Made by a program: the position numbers and the translations under genes | Shown here: in pieces, positions 1 through 9,666 of the stretch | Numbering within the stretch: the stretch's first letter is position 1 | Layout of the letters: every line of letters begins with the position of its first letter | Notes under the pieces: generated by a model | The model's database searches: none | Told to the model about the DNA's origin: nothing | Seen by the model: the letters and a program-made list of their open reading frames with translations, nothing else | NCBI GenBank assembly: GCA_039811685.1 | Contig: JBDHZC010000002.1 | Span: forward strand, 1 to 64,000 | Origin: Armatimonadota bacterium | GTDB taxonomy: Bacteria; Armatimonadota; UBA5829; DSUL01 | Direction: 5' to 3' | DNA: 64,000 bases

Positions 1-1082
1 TCCGCCATCAGGTCTTTGCGCACAACCGGGTAGTTGCCGTCTGGAAAATCTCCCGCCCAATACATGGGTTCGTTCTCTGTGATAAAGCAAAGAAGGCGAC
101 TGCCGAGCGTCTCGATGATGCGCGGCAGCGATTCACTCAGGCGGGACTCGCGCAGCGCGTTCAACTCGGGGTTGTTCATGGTCTGCCAGGGTGTGTTGCT
201 CCAGATGTTGGGCACAGTCCAGCCGTAGTGAAGCGACCATGCGTCCCCGAGAAGGGCTTTCAGCGACGCTCCTTCGTCGTAGGTATCTGTCGGTGAGTAG
301 CAAACCTGCTGGAACTCCGGACGGGCGGAAACTTCCGGTGGTGTGCCCGCCCACCAGGAACAGGGAATCACAACAACCGGCCACCCGAGCAGGTCGGCGG
401 AGGCTTTGAAAGCTTCGGCAGAGGCGACGAGGTCCTGCGGGCTTCTGGCGGCGTAGTGGAACTCCGCGGAGAGGGCGCGCGTGATGCCGCGCGCCGGATG
501 AAAGGCTTTCAGGCGACTCTGTGTGTCCGGCGAGAGAGACCCAGGGGGTACAAGGAAGCTGAGGATGAAGTCGTCCGCACCGTACGGTTGAGCGAGTTCG
601 TCCTGGTAGCCGGTGAGCAGCAAGGCATCCTCAACAAAGAGCCTTTCCTGTCCAGTGTTCAGAACGGCAAGAGTATGGCGCTTCGAATAAGGAAGTGCTG
701 AACTCTCCAGACGCGCAAACTGAGATCGCCGACCGACGCCCTGCGTCTGCAGATCGCGCTTGGCAATCGGCTGGGAGTCCAGCGAAACCGTGTAGGACAT
801 GCGGTGGTTTCGCGTGTCGTCCGGCAGGACAACTCGCATCAACAGGGCGCAAGGCTCTCGGGGCGCCAGAAAAGGCGCTTCCAGTGCCGACCCGGGCGCC
901 AGCCACTTCCCGCGGTGGGAGAATCTACGGTTTCCAACAACGTAAGACACGCTGTCACGACGCGTGGACAGGCTCAGGAGGCGTCCAGCGATCTTTACGG
1001 AGTTCTCAGAGTCCGCACCTGTTGGCGCGCTCAGAGCCATGAGGGCTAGCGCAGAAGCCGCGAATGCCGCAAAGAGTCGCAT
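1..1082 (-). CDS. Secreted protein, possibly clan GH-A glycoside hydrolase (3' end runs off the window)
   Basis: Not in the ORF track. Hand translation gives an open frame from ATG at 1082 (MRLFAAFAASALALMALSAPTGA, signal-peptide-like) to the window edge, including ITENEPMYW (NEP acid/base-like motif). Confidence 0.7.
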   Translation of the reverse strand, partial: MRLFAAFAASALALMALSAPTGADSENSVKIAGRLLSLSTRRDSVSYVVGNRRFSHRGKWLAPGSALEAPFLAPREPCALLMRVVLPDDTRNHRMSYTVSLDSQPIAKRDLQTQGVGRRSQFARLESSALPYSKRHTLAVLNTGQERLFVEDALLLTGYQDELAQPYGADDFILSFLVPPGSLSPDTQSRLKAFHPARGITRALSAEFHYAARSPQDLVASAEAFKASADLLGWPVVVIPCSWWAGTPPEVSARPEFQQVCYSPTDTYDEGASLKALLGDAWSLHYGWTVPNIWSNTPWQTMNNPELNALRESRLSESLPRIIETLGSRLLCFITENEPMYWAGDFPDGNYPVVRKDLMA

Positions 1083-1191
1083 ACGGTCAGCTTCTGCGCT
1101 GTATGCCCGAAGTCCTTACTGTGAGGCGGTATCAGATTCGTCCCGCCACACCGTTTGTCCGCCACGGCGTCAGCAGACGCCAAGAGGAAGA

Positions 1192-2157
1192 CTAGCGAGC
1201 GTTCACGAGTTGCGGCGAAGCCAGCGGCTCCAAGATGCGATGTTCCCGCAGCGCTGAGAGAATCTCGCTTGTACTCGCATACGCTAGGCAGATGGCGGTA
1301 TCTGCGGCTCCGTAGTAGAGATGAATGTCGTCTCCACGCTGCACAGCTCCGCATGCGAATACTACATTTGGAACGTCGCCGGTGACTTCATAGCTCTCCT
1401 GCGGCGCCAGAATAAAATAGGGCAGACGGGCAATGAGCCGGCGCGGGTCATCGAGATCCAGCAGCGCGGCGCCCATGCGGTACGTTGGACCGCTGGGCAT
1501 CTGCTTCACACCGTGATAGAGAATCAGCCAGCCTTCCGGCGTCTCGATAGGCGGTGTATTGGCGCCGACTTTGCGTCCGTCCCAGAATGGACCTCCGCGC
1601 TCCTTCAGAATGCAGTACGGGCCGCCCCAGTGACGCAGGTCTGGCGAATCGGTCAGCCAGATGTGCTCCAGAGAGCCTACCACAGGCCGGTGAAGCATCC
1701 AGTATTTTCCCTGAATGCGGCGAGGAAAGACGGCGGCATCCTTGTTGTTGGGCGCGAGTGTCAGGCCAAGCCGCTCGACAGTCTCAAAGTCTGAGGTTTT
1801 CGCCAACGCCACTCCCGCGCCGTAGGCAGAGTAGGCGGTGTAGGCGATGACATACTCTCTCAACTCCGGCAGATAGGTGATGCGGGCGTCTTCGCAGCCG
1901 AAGGCCTCATAAACATTGCCGTCATCCGGATGCAGCAGAGGCTTTTCGGCGATCCGCCAGTCCGTTACACCATCCGCGCTGCGGGCGACTGTGAGGTGCG
2001 AGCGTCCTTCCAGATCCTCAACGCGTAACAGCAGCAGCGTTTCACCATTGAAAACGGTCGCTCCGCAGTTGAAGACGGAATTGCAGATGTAGGGCATCTG
2101 ACGAAAAGTCAGGAGTGGATTGTGATCGTAGCGTTTGAAGAGTTCGACGGGTTCCAT
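1192..2157 (-). CDS. GH130 family glycosidase / beta-mannoside phosphorylase
   Basis: NPLL, VFNCGA, GCEDARIT, NKDAAVFP, WLILYHGV and VPNVVFACG motifs typical of GH130. Confidence 0.9.
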   Translation of the reverse strand: MEPVELFKRYDHNPLLTFRQMPYICNSVFNCGATVFNGETLLLLRVEDLEGRSHLTVARSADGVTDWRIAEKPLLHPDDGNVYEAFGCEDARITYLPELREYVIAYTAYSAYGAGVALAKTSDFETVERLGLTLAPNNKDAAVFPRRIQGKYWMLHRPVVGSLEHIWLTDSPDLRHWGGPYCILKERGGPFWDGRKVGANTPPIETPEGWLILYHGVKQMPSGPTYRMGAALLDLDDPRRLIARLPYFILAPQESYEVTGDVPNVVFACGAVQRGDDIHLYYGAADTAICLAYASTSEILSALREHRILEPLASPQLVNAR

Positions 2158-2449
2158 GGGGGCAGCAACCCTCTTTCTGATGATTGTTGTGTGGGCGGGG
2201 AGGACGCGGGTGAAGAGGTTTCAAATGCGGGCGAGCGTCCTGGCACAGTGGGCTGTGCCTTCCCCATGTTTTCATTCCACGAATTTGATTCCAACAGCCG
2301 AAGTCCTTCACTTCAGAATGCTGCTTATGCCACTCACCGAGGCGGCCTCCGAGCGGACGTGGCGCCAGATCGTGAGAAAGCGCGCAGGAGTTTTGCGCTC
2401 ACTGGGACAAAAGGCAACTTTGGCGGAGCGCGCCAGAGGGAGAAGAGAT

Positions 2450-3436
2450 TTGATTCTGATTACCGGTGGACTGGGTTACGTCGGCAGCCATGCTGTGCGG
2501 TATCTGCTTGAGCAGGGGCGGGAGGTACTGCTGTTTGACAATCTGGTGTACGGGCACGAAGCCGCAAGTTCGGGAGCGCCTTACGTTATCGGGGATTTGA
2601 ACAACCCGCAGGACATCCGGGCGGTCTTTCGCCAGCACGACATAGACTCGGTGATGCACTTCGCGGCCTTCGCTGCAGTGGGCGAGTCCGTTGAGGAGCC
2701 GAAGAAGTACTTCGACAACAACGTGCGCGCGGGATTGAACCTGCTGGATGCGATGCTGGAGGCGGACGTGAAGCGCTTAGTCTTCTCCTCCACCTGCGCC
2801 ATCTTCGGAGAGCCGGTGGAGATTCCGATGACAGAAGACCATCCCCGGAATCCGACCAATCCCTACGGGGAAAGCAAGCTTTTCTTTGAGAAGGCACTGA
2901 AGTGGTATGACGGGGCGTACGGGTTGAAGGCTATGTGCCTGCGCTATTTCAACGCCGCAGGCGCGCATCCGTCCGGTGAGATTGGCGAAGACCACGATCC
3001 TGAACGGCATCTGATACCGCTTGTCATCGGGGCGGCTACCGGTCTGCGCCCGGCGCTGACGGTTTTTGGTGACGACTACCCCACCCCGGACGGAACCTGT
3101 ATCCGGGACTACATCCACGTGAGCGACCTGGCCCAGGCGCATCTGCTGGCCCTGGAGAAGCTGGAGCAGGGCGGGCCGAGCGGCGCTTACAACCTGGGCA
3201 ACGGCCACGGGTACTCCGTGCTGGAGGTGATCAAGACTGTTGAGAACGTGACCGGTCTTGAAGCGCCCTACAGCTTCGGGGAGCGGAGGGCAGGAGACCC
3301 GGCGCGGCTCGTAGGCAGCTCACAGAAGGCGTTTGATGAGCTTGGCTGGAAGCCACAGTTTGCCGATCTGCGGACGATTGTGGCGACGGCGTGGAAGTGG
3401 CACAAGGCGCATCCTCACGGATATGGTAACGGATAA
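2450..3436 (+). CDS. galE: UDP-glucose 4-epimerase
   Basis: ILITGGLGYVGSH, FSSTCA, YGESK, LRYFNAAGA, DGTCIRDYIHV. TTG start at 2450 follows a GGGAGA RBS; the ORF-track start at 2135 is too early. Confidence 0.95.
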   Translation: MILITGGLGYVGSHAVRYLLEQGREVLLFDNLVYGHEAASSGAPYVIGDLNNPQDIRAVFRQHDIDSVMHFAAFAAVGESVEEPKKYFDNNVRAGLNLLDAMLEADVKRLVFSSTCAIFGEPVEIPMTEDHPRNPTNPYGESKLFFEKALKWYDGAYGLKAMCLRYFNAAGAHPSGEIGEDHDPERHLIPLVIGAATGLRPALTVFGDDYPTPDGTCIRDYIHVSDLAQAHLLALEKLEQGGPSGAYNLGNGHGYSVLEVIKTVENVTGLEAPYSFGERRAGDPARLVGSSQKAFDELGWKPQFADLRTIVATAWKWHKAHPHGYGNG

Positions 3437-5030
3437 GCGGAGCGGGCGCTATGGTCCTCTGCGGAGCGCAACCGCACTGGCCGGAGCGGTTATTGCTATG
3501 AGCCAACCGGTCGCCCACGCGCAGGGTCGGTACAGCTATGACGTTGTTGTGTACGGCGGAACTCCCGCCGGTGTGATTGCCGCACGGGCGGCCGCCTGCC
3601 AGGGACAGCGCACGGCGCTTGTGGTTCCCGGAAAGCGTCTCGGTGGCGTGGTTTCCGGCGGGCTGACGCGTACAGACTTCGGACGCCAGGAGACCGTCGG
3701 CGGAATGTCGCGTGAGTTTTTTGTTCGCGTGGGAAGGCGCTATCAGAAGGACATCGCCTGGTTCTTTGAGCCGCATGTCGCGGAGGAAGTCTTCTGGGAG
3801 ATGGCGCGTGACGCAGGCGTGGACATTTTTCAGAATCACAGGCTGAAGGAGGCTGACGGGGTCAGGCGGGCGCGGCAGCGGATTTGGGCGGTCATCGCTG
3901 AAAACGGTGCGCGTTTCTCTGCGAAAGTCTTCGTGGACTGCTCCTATGAAGGGGATCTGATGGCGCAGGCAGGGGTCAGCTACACGTGGGGGCGCGAATC
4001 CGTGTCAGATTACGGCGAAGACCTTGCCGGTGTGCGACCGAAGGACCGTAATCATCAGTTTGATTTTGCCGTGCCGGCTCGCGATGAGGAGGGGCGGCTT
4101 CTTCCGGAGGTTGGAGAGCAGAAGCGGGGAGACATCGGCGAGGGCGACCGAAAAGTGCAGGCTTACAACTTCCGGATGTGCCTGTCGGACGACCCGGCCA
4201 ACAGAGTCCCTTTTCCGAAGCCTGAGGGCTATGATCCGTCCCGTTACCGCGTGCTGGGGCTCTGGCTGAACGGGATGGCTGAGCAGAAAGGGCGCGCTCC
4301 GCACCTGGATGAGGCGCTCCTGCCGGCGGAGATGCCAAATCGGAAGTGGGACTTTAACAACCGCGGCGCCTTCTCGACGGACTACATCGGGAAAAGCTGG
4401 GAATACCCGAATGCGTCCTATGCCCGCCGCGCCGAAATCTGGCGGGAACACGAGGACTATACGAAGGGGCTGTTCTACTTTTTGGCCAACGACCCGTCTG
4501 TGCCCGCTGAGCTTCAGGCGGAGATAAACAGATTCGGGCTGGCGGCTGATGAGTTCGCAGACAACGGCCACTTCCCGACACAGCTATACATCCGCGAAGC
4601 CCGCCGGATGGCCGGTGATTTTGTTATGACCCAGGCGGACATCCAGACGGAGCTCACCAAGCCGGACACGATCGGCATGGGGTCGTATGGCAGCGACTCT
4701 CACAATGTGCAGCGTTACGAACAGGCGGACGGAACGGTGCAGAACGAGGGCAACATGGAAGTGCCCGTTCAGCCCTATGAAATACCCTACCGCGTATTGC
4801 TACCACGCAGGCAGGAAGCAGAGAACCTGCTTGTCCCGGTCTGCCTTTCAGCAAGCCACGTGGCCTACTCTACGCTGCGCATGGAGCCGGTTTATATGAT
4901 TATCGGGCAGGCAGCCGGAGTAGCAGCCGACCTCGCGATCCGCAACCGCTGCGCCGTACAGCAGATTGACACAGGCGAGCTCAGGCGGCGGTTGAAGGAA
5001 CAAGGCGCTGTCCTCAGCTGTCCGCGCTAG
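3423..5030 (+). CDS. FAD-dependent oxidoreductase (secreted, FAD_oxidored type)
   Basis: YDVVVYGGTPAG FAD motif, DCSYEGDLMA, YIREARR, SASHVAYSTLRMEP. Exact start uncertain. Confidence 0.85.
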   Translation: MVTDKRSGRYGPLRSATALAGAVIAMSQPVAHAQGRYSYDVVVYGGTPAGVIAARAAACQGQRTALVVPGKRLGGVVSGGLTRTDFGRQETVGGMSREFFVRVGRRYQKDIAWFFEPHVAEEVFWEMARDAGVDIFQNHRLKEADGVRRARQRIWAVIAENGARFSAKVFVDCSYEGDLMAQAGVSYTWGRESVSDYGEDLAGVRPKDRNHQFDFAVPARDEEGRLLPEVGEQKRGDIGEGDRKVQAYNFRMCLSDDPANRVPFPKPEGYDPSRYRVLGLWLNGMAEQKGRAPHLDEALLPAEMPNRKWDFNNRGAFSTDYIGKSWEYPNASYARRAEIWREHEDYTKGLFYFLANDPSVPAELQAEINRFGLAADEFADNGHFPTQLYIREARRMAGDFVMTQADIQTELTKPDTIGMGSYGSDSHNVQRYEQADGTVQNEGNMEVPVQPYEIPYRVLLPRRQEAENLLVPVCLSASHVAYSTLRMEPVYMIIGQAAGVAADLAIRNRCAVQQIDTGELRRRLKEQGAVLSCPR

Positions 5031-5140
5031 ACTGTTAGACGATTTTCTCCCACAATGTAGGATGAGACGGCCAGTTGTCTTGGCCGCTCAGTCTATGTAA
5101 GGATTGGCTGACGCGTTTGTACAGCGAGCCAGGGAGAACC

Positions 5141-6931
5141 ATGTCACAGAACAATCAGCAGGTGAGACCGCAGGAGTCTCATCAAACCCCTTCCACCGAC
5201 GACCACTCGAACGGCTTTCCTCTCAGCACCGTGCGCCACTCTACGGCGCACGTGATGGCGCATGCCGTCCGCGACCTGTGGCCGGAGGTGAAGATCGCCA
5301 TGGGGCCGGCCATTGAAGACGGCTTTTACTACGACTTTGAGAAAGACGAGCCGTTCACGCCGGAGGATTTTGAGAAAATCGAGGACCGGATGGCGCAGAT
5401 TGTCCGGGAAGGGCGGCCATTTGAGTACCGGGTCATAGATAAGGAAGAGGGACGCCAGATGTTCCACGACCAGCCTTACAAGCTGGAAATTCTGGAGGAT
5501 ATTGCGGACGGTGAGACGCTCAGCACATACACGGAAGGCGACTTCGTGGACCTGTGCCGCGGTCCTCACGTCGATAACGCCGGCCAGGTAAAGGCGTTCA
5601 AACTGCTGTCGATTGCTGGCGCTTACTTCAAGGGTGACTCGAAGCGCCCGATGCTGCAGCGCCTGTACGGCACAGCGTGGGATACACAGGAGGAGCTTGA
5701 GGCGTATCTGGAGCGTCTGGAAGAGGCCCGCAAGCGCGACCACAAACGCCTTGGCAAGGAGCTGGAGCTCTTCACGATCATCCCGGAGATTGGTCCGGGC
5801 CTTCCGGTCTGGCTGCCGAAGGGAGCGACCGTAAGGCGCATTCTGGAGGAGTACATACTGGACCAGGAGCGCCGGCACGGATACGAACACGTCTATACCC
5901 CACATCTGGCGAATCTGGAGCTTTACAAGACATCAGGGCACTGGCAACACTATCAGGAGGGCATGTTCCCGCCGATGGTTTTCGATCACGAAGAGGTGGT
6001 GCTGCGCCCGATGAACTGCCCGCATCATTTCATCATGTATAAGCAGCGGGTGCACTCCTACCGCGAACTTCCGATTCGCATTGCGGAGCTGGGAACGATG
6101 TACCGCTATGAACAGTCTGGTGAGTTGACCGGACTTTCGCGCGTGCGTTCGATGACGCTGAACGACGCTCATATTTTCTGCCGTCCGGAGCAGATCAAGG
6201 AAGAGGTGAAGCGTGTTCTTCGTCTGATCCAGGAAGCTTACGTAAAGCTGGGATTCGTGGACTACTGGTACCGCCTGTCGCTCGGAGACCCTGAAGACAC
6301 TGAGAAATACGTGGACAATCCGGAAATGTGGGCGCAGTCAGAGCGCGTTCTGGGTGAAGTTCTGGATGAGCTTGGCGTTGAATACAGAGCGATGAAGGGC
6401 GAGGCGGCCTTTTACGGACCGAAGATTGATGTCCAGGTGCCAAATGTTATGGGCAAGGACGAGACGATCTCGACGATTCAGCTCGACTTTCACATGCCGA
6501 ACCGCTTTGAGCTGGAATATATCGGCGAGGACTCCCAGCCACACCGCCCCGTGGTAATTCACCGGGGTGTGATCAGCACAATGGAGCGCATCACAGCGTT
6601 TCTGATTGAGCGCTATGCGGGTGCGTTTCCGCTGTGGCTGGCGCCCGTGCAGGCGATCATTCTGCCTATCGCGGACAGGCATAAAGAGTACGGTCAACAT
6701 GTTGAAAAGACACTGGCCGACGCTGGATTTCGTGTGAAGCTTGATGTACGCAATGAGAAGACGGGGTATAAGATTCGCGAAGCGCAGCTTCAGAAGATTC
6801 CTTATATGCTGATTGTGGGAGACAGAGAAGCGGAAGCGAAGTCCGTGAGCGTACGATCGCGCGAGCACGGCGACCTTGGAGCCCGAGACCTGCGCGAGTT
6901 CACCGAGGCTTTGCAGGCAGAGTCAGGGTAA
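5141..6931 (+). CDS. thrS: Threonine--tRNA ligase (short form, no N-terminal TGS domain)
   Basis: RHSTAH, DLCRGPH, RDHKRLG, RPMNCP, AAFYGPKID, KIREAQLQKIPY. AGGGAG RBS precedes ATG at 5141. Confidence 0.97.
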   Translation: MSQNNQQVRPQESHQTPSTDDHSNGFPLSTVRHSTAHVMAHAVRDLWPEVKIAMGPAIEDGFYYDFEKDEPFTPEDFEKIEDRMAQIVREGRPFEYRVIDKEEGRQMFHDQPYKLEILEDIADGETLSTYTEGDFVDLCRGPHVDNAGQVKAFKLLSIAGAYFKGDSKRPMLQRLYGTAWDTQEELEAYLERLEEARKRDHKRLGKELELFTIIPEIGPGLPVWLPKGATVRRILEEYILDQERRHGYEHVYTPHLANLELYKTSGHWQHYQEGMFPPMVFDHEEVVLRPMNCPHHFIMYKQRVHSYRELPIRIAELGTMYRYEQSGELTGLSRVRSMTLNDAHIFCRPEQIKEEVKRVLRLIQEAYVKLGFVDYWYRLSLGDPEDTEKYVDNPEMWAQSERVLGEVLDELGVEYRAMKGEAAFYGPKIDVQVPNVMGKDETISTIQLDFHMPNRFELEYIGEDSQPHRPVVIHRGVISTMERITAFLIERYAGAFPLWLAPVQAIILPIADRHKEYGQHVEKTLADAGFRVKLDVRNEKTGYKIREAQLQKIPYMLIVGDREAEAKSVSVRSREHGDLGARDLREFTEALQAESG

Positions 6932-6956
6932 AGTGCCGGAGGCAATGTGCCGATGA

Positions 6957-6986
6957 TTGACACACGGAGTGTGTTTCCATTATACT
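6957..6986 (+). promoter_or_regulatory. sigma70-type promoter for infC-rpmI-rplT
   Basis: TTGACA-N18-TATACT. Confidence 0.7.
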
Positions 6987-7038
6987 TAGCGGGTTGACAC
7001 GCAACGAATGAACCCCAGCGTGTTTGAGGTGACGACTC

Positions 7039-7731
7039 ATAAATAAAGACATCAGAATAAACGGACGGATCCGCGTCCCAGAAGTACGGCTCGTTGATGA
7101 AAATGGCGGGCAGATGGGCGTGGTCCCGACGCGTGAGGCTTTGGATATAGCACGGTCGCGCGGTTTTGACCTTATAGAGATTGCGCCGATGGCTAATCCT
7201 CCGGTCTGTAAGCTCATGGATTATGGAAAGTTCAAGTACGAGCAGGGCAGACGGGACAGAGAAGCTCACAAGAAGCAGAAGACGACAGAGGTCAAGGGAA
7301 TCCGGCTTCGTCCCGGAACGGATGAACACGATCTTGACGTGAAGCGAAAACACTTGATCGAGTTTCTCAAACAGGGGAACAAGGTCAAGACGACAGTCAT
7401 CTTCCGCAGCCGCGAAATGTCGCACCCCGAGTTTGCGCGCAAGTCTCTGGAGTACCTGGCTGAACAGGCCGCTGATATAGCGGTTCTGGAAAAGCCGCCT
7501 TCTTTTGAAGGCCGGACGATGACGATGATTTTGACCCCGCGTCCTCCGGAGCCTGCGGCAAAGGCAGACGGGAAGAAGCCAGCTTCGGGTTCCAGCGCGT
7601 CGGCGGCGCCGGAGTCTGAGCAGTCTTCGTCCGCAGTAGAGGCCAGTGTTGAAGATGCGCCCTCTGCGGCGTCAAGCGGCGAGGCATCCAAAAAGAAGAA
7701 AGAGTTTGTGCTGGACCCGAACCAGATCTAG
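7039..7731 (+). CDS. infC: Translation initiation factor IF-3 (non-AUG start, C-terminal extension)
   Basis: PPVCKLMDYGKFKYE and GNKVKT motifs. The frame extends upstream to INKDIRINGRIRVPEVRLV, and GAGGTG lies 7 nt before ATA at 7039. Confidence 0.95.
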   Translation: MNKDIRINGRIRVPEVRLVDENGGQMGVVPTREALDIARSRGFDLIEIAPMANPPVCKLMDYGKFKYEQGRRDREAHKKQKTTEVKGIRLRPGTDEHDLDVKRKHLIEFLKQGNKVKTTVIFRSREMSHPEFARKSLEYLAEQAADIAVLEKPPSFEGRTMTMILTPRPPEPAAKADGKKPASGSSASAAPESEQSSSAVEASVEDAPSAASSGEASKKKKEFVLDPNQI

Positions 7732-7860
7732 CGTATCTCCACGGGCTACTTAGCGAACGCTAAAGAACGCGCCGATAAGTTAGAGACGTGTTCAGCATTT
7801 TTGGGATATAGTGAAATGCCCGGCTGGCATCGGCCGGACATTTCAACGTACGGGTGAATA

Positions 7861-8061
7861 ATGCCTAAGATCAGAACACGAAAGACAGCAGCGAAGAGGT
7901 TTACCGTCTCTGCGTCCGGTAAGCTGCTGCGCAACACGACCGGCCGCAATCACCTGATGATGAAGAAGTCAGGATCGCGCAAGAGGCGGCTTAACATGAA
8001 GCACGGCATCTGCACCGGGGACGCCAAGCGCATGCAGGTCCTTCTCGCAGGCCGGATATAA
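7861..8061 (+). CDS. rpmI: 50S ribosomal protein L35
   Basis: MPKIRTRKTAAKRF; lies between infC and rplT. Confidence 0.95.
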   Translation: MPKIRTRKTAAKRFTVSASGKLLRNTTGRNHLMMKKSGSRKRRLNMKHGICTGDAKRMQVLLAGRI

Positions 8062-8122
8062 GTCACGCAGAGCATCTTGCTGACGGCTCTGCACAGTTTG
8101 TAACGGGGAGTTAAACTGAACG

Positions 8123-8482
8123 ATGGCACGCGTTAAACGCGGCGTGATGGCGCATAAGCGCCACAAGAAGATAATTGACCAGGCAAAGGGGTACTGGGGC
8201 GGCCGGCATCGTCTGTTCAAGACTGCCAAGGAAGCCGTCATGCATGCGGGGCAGTACGCTTATCGCGACCGCCGGAACCGCAAGCGCGATTTCAGGCGGC
8301 TGTGGATTACGCGCATCAGCGCGGCCTGCCGCATTCGTGATATTCGCTATAGTGAGTTTATTAACGGTCTGACCAAGAGCGGTGTCGAGGTGGATCGAAA
8401 GATTCTGGCTCATCTGGCTGTCGAAGACGCCACGGGGTTCGACCAGCTTGTGGATGTGGCGCGCACTGCGCTGGCTTCCTGA
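8123..8482 (+). CDS. rplT: 50S ribosomal protein L20
   Basis: MARVKRG...AKGYWG...[21 protein letters not shown]. Confidence 0.98.
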   Translation: MARVKRGVMAHKRHKKIIDQAKGYWGGRHRLFKTAKEAVMHAGQYAYRDRRNRKRDFRRLWITRISAACRIRDIRYSEFINGLTKSGVEVDRKILAHLAVEDATGFDQLVDVARTALAS

Positions 8483-8600
8483 AGCGCAGGCAAACGCCGA
8501 GCGCCGAGCGCAGAGCGCAAAGCGTTCCGGTCAACAACACTTTTGGACTTATCGCCCAATGTCCAGGTGGGTCTGACACGATGACCTTAGCAGGCGTTGT

Positions 8601-8630
8601 GCCAGACACCTCTGGCGTTGGGTTTTTTGT
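8601..8630 (+). terminator. Possible terminator between rplT and pheS
   Basis: GCCAGA-CACC-TCTGGC hairpin with a T-run shortly after. Confidence 0.35.
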
Positions 8631-8667
8631 TGGCCGTCTATAGAAAGCGCCAGCAGACTATCAACAA

Positions 8668-9636
8668 ATGTCGCAGGTAGAAAACACAGTAGAGCAAGCG
8701 CGCTCGGCCGTTGCTTCGGCAGGCTCACTCAAAGAGCTGGATCAGCTTGAGATTCAGTATCTGGGTCGAAAAGGGGAAGTCACTCAGCTTCTCAAGCAGA
8801 TCGGGTCGCTGCCGCCGGAAGACCGGGCAGCGTTTGGTCAGCGGGTTAACGCCGCCAAGGCAGAAGTGGCCGCGGCTATGGAACAGCGCCGGGAGGAGTT
8901 GGGAGCTTCACAGTCCAGTGTGGCTGCTGAGATAGATGTCACGCTACCCGGCCGGCTCGTTCCGCGTGTGACCCGCCACCCTCTGACAGAAACGATCCAG
9001 GAGATCAAAGACATTTTCATTGGCCTTGGCTTTGAGGTCGTGGAGTCTCCGGACATCGAAGAGTACCGCTTCAACTTCGGGCATCTGAACTACCCTCCGG
9101 ATCACCCTGCTATGGACGAGCAGATGAGTTTCTTCATTGACGATGAACATCTGCTCAGAACACAGACCACGGCGGTGCAGGGCAGAGTCTTTCAGGATCG
9201 AAAACCGCCAATGCGGATTTGCACGATTGGCCGCTGCTATCGCTATGAGGCGGTTGACGCAACGCATGGGCACACGTTCATGCAGGTGGACTGCTTTGCG
9301 GTGGACCGTGACATCACATTGGCTGATCTGAAAGGGACACTCGGGCAATTTGCGCACGAGATGTTCGGCGAAGTGGAGACCCGCTTCCGGCGCGACTTCT
9401 TCCCGTTTGTTGAACCGGGCGCCGATTTCGCGGTGAAGTGGAAAGGCCGGTGGCTTGAGCTTGGCGGCGCAGGGATGATTCATCCAAATGTTTTGCGGAT
9501 GGGCGGCATTGACCCTGAAGAGTGGACCGGATTCGCTTTTGGTCTGGGTGTGGAGCGGATGCCTATGGTCAAGCGCGGCATCAACGATTTGCGTCTATTC
9601 TACGAAAACGGCGCCCGATTTCTCCGTCAGTTTTAG
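8668..9636 (+). CDS. pheS: Phenylalanine--tRNA ligase alpha subunit
   Basis: YLGRKG, DVTLPG, DHPAMD, LLRTQTT, FPFVEPG, GFAFGLGVER. Confidence 0.97.
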   Translation: MSQVENTVEQARSAVASAGSLKELDQLEIQYLGRKGEVTQLLKQIGSLPPEDRAAFGQRVNAAKAEVAAAMEQRREELGASQSSVAAEIDVTLPGRLVPRVTRHPLTETIQEIKDIFIGLGFEVVESPDIEEYRFNFGHLNYPPDHPAMDEQMSFFIDDEHLLRTQTTAVQGRVFQDRKPPMRICTIGRCYRYEAVDATHGHTFMQVDCFAVDRDITLADLKGTLGQFAHEMFGEVETRFRRDFFPFVEPGADFAVKWKGRWLELGGAGMIHPNVLRMGGIDPEEWTGFAFGLGVERMPMVKRGINDLRLFYENGARFLRQF

Positions 9637-9666
9637 ACGATGCTGGAAGAGCGATAACACAACTCT

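Noticed and set aside
8483..8667. T-box leader upstream of pheS (and thrS)
   Set aside because: No TGGNACC antiterminator bulge or stem I motifs found. The short GCGC(A/C)GA repeats at about 8495-8523 look like low complexity.
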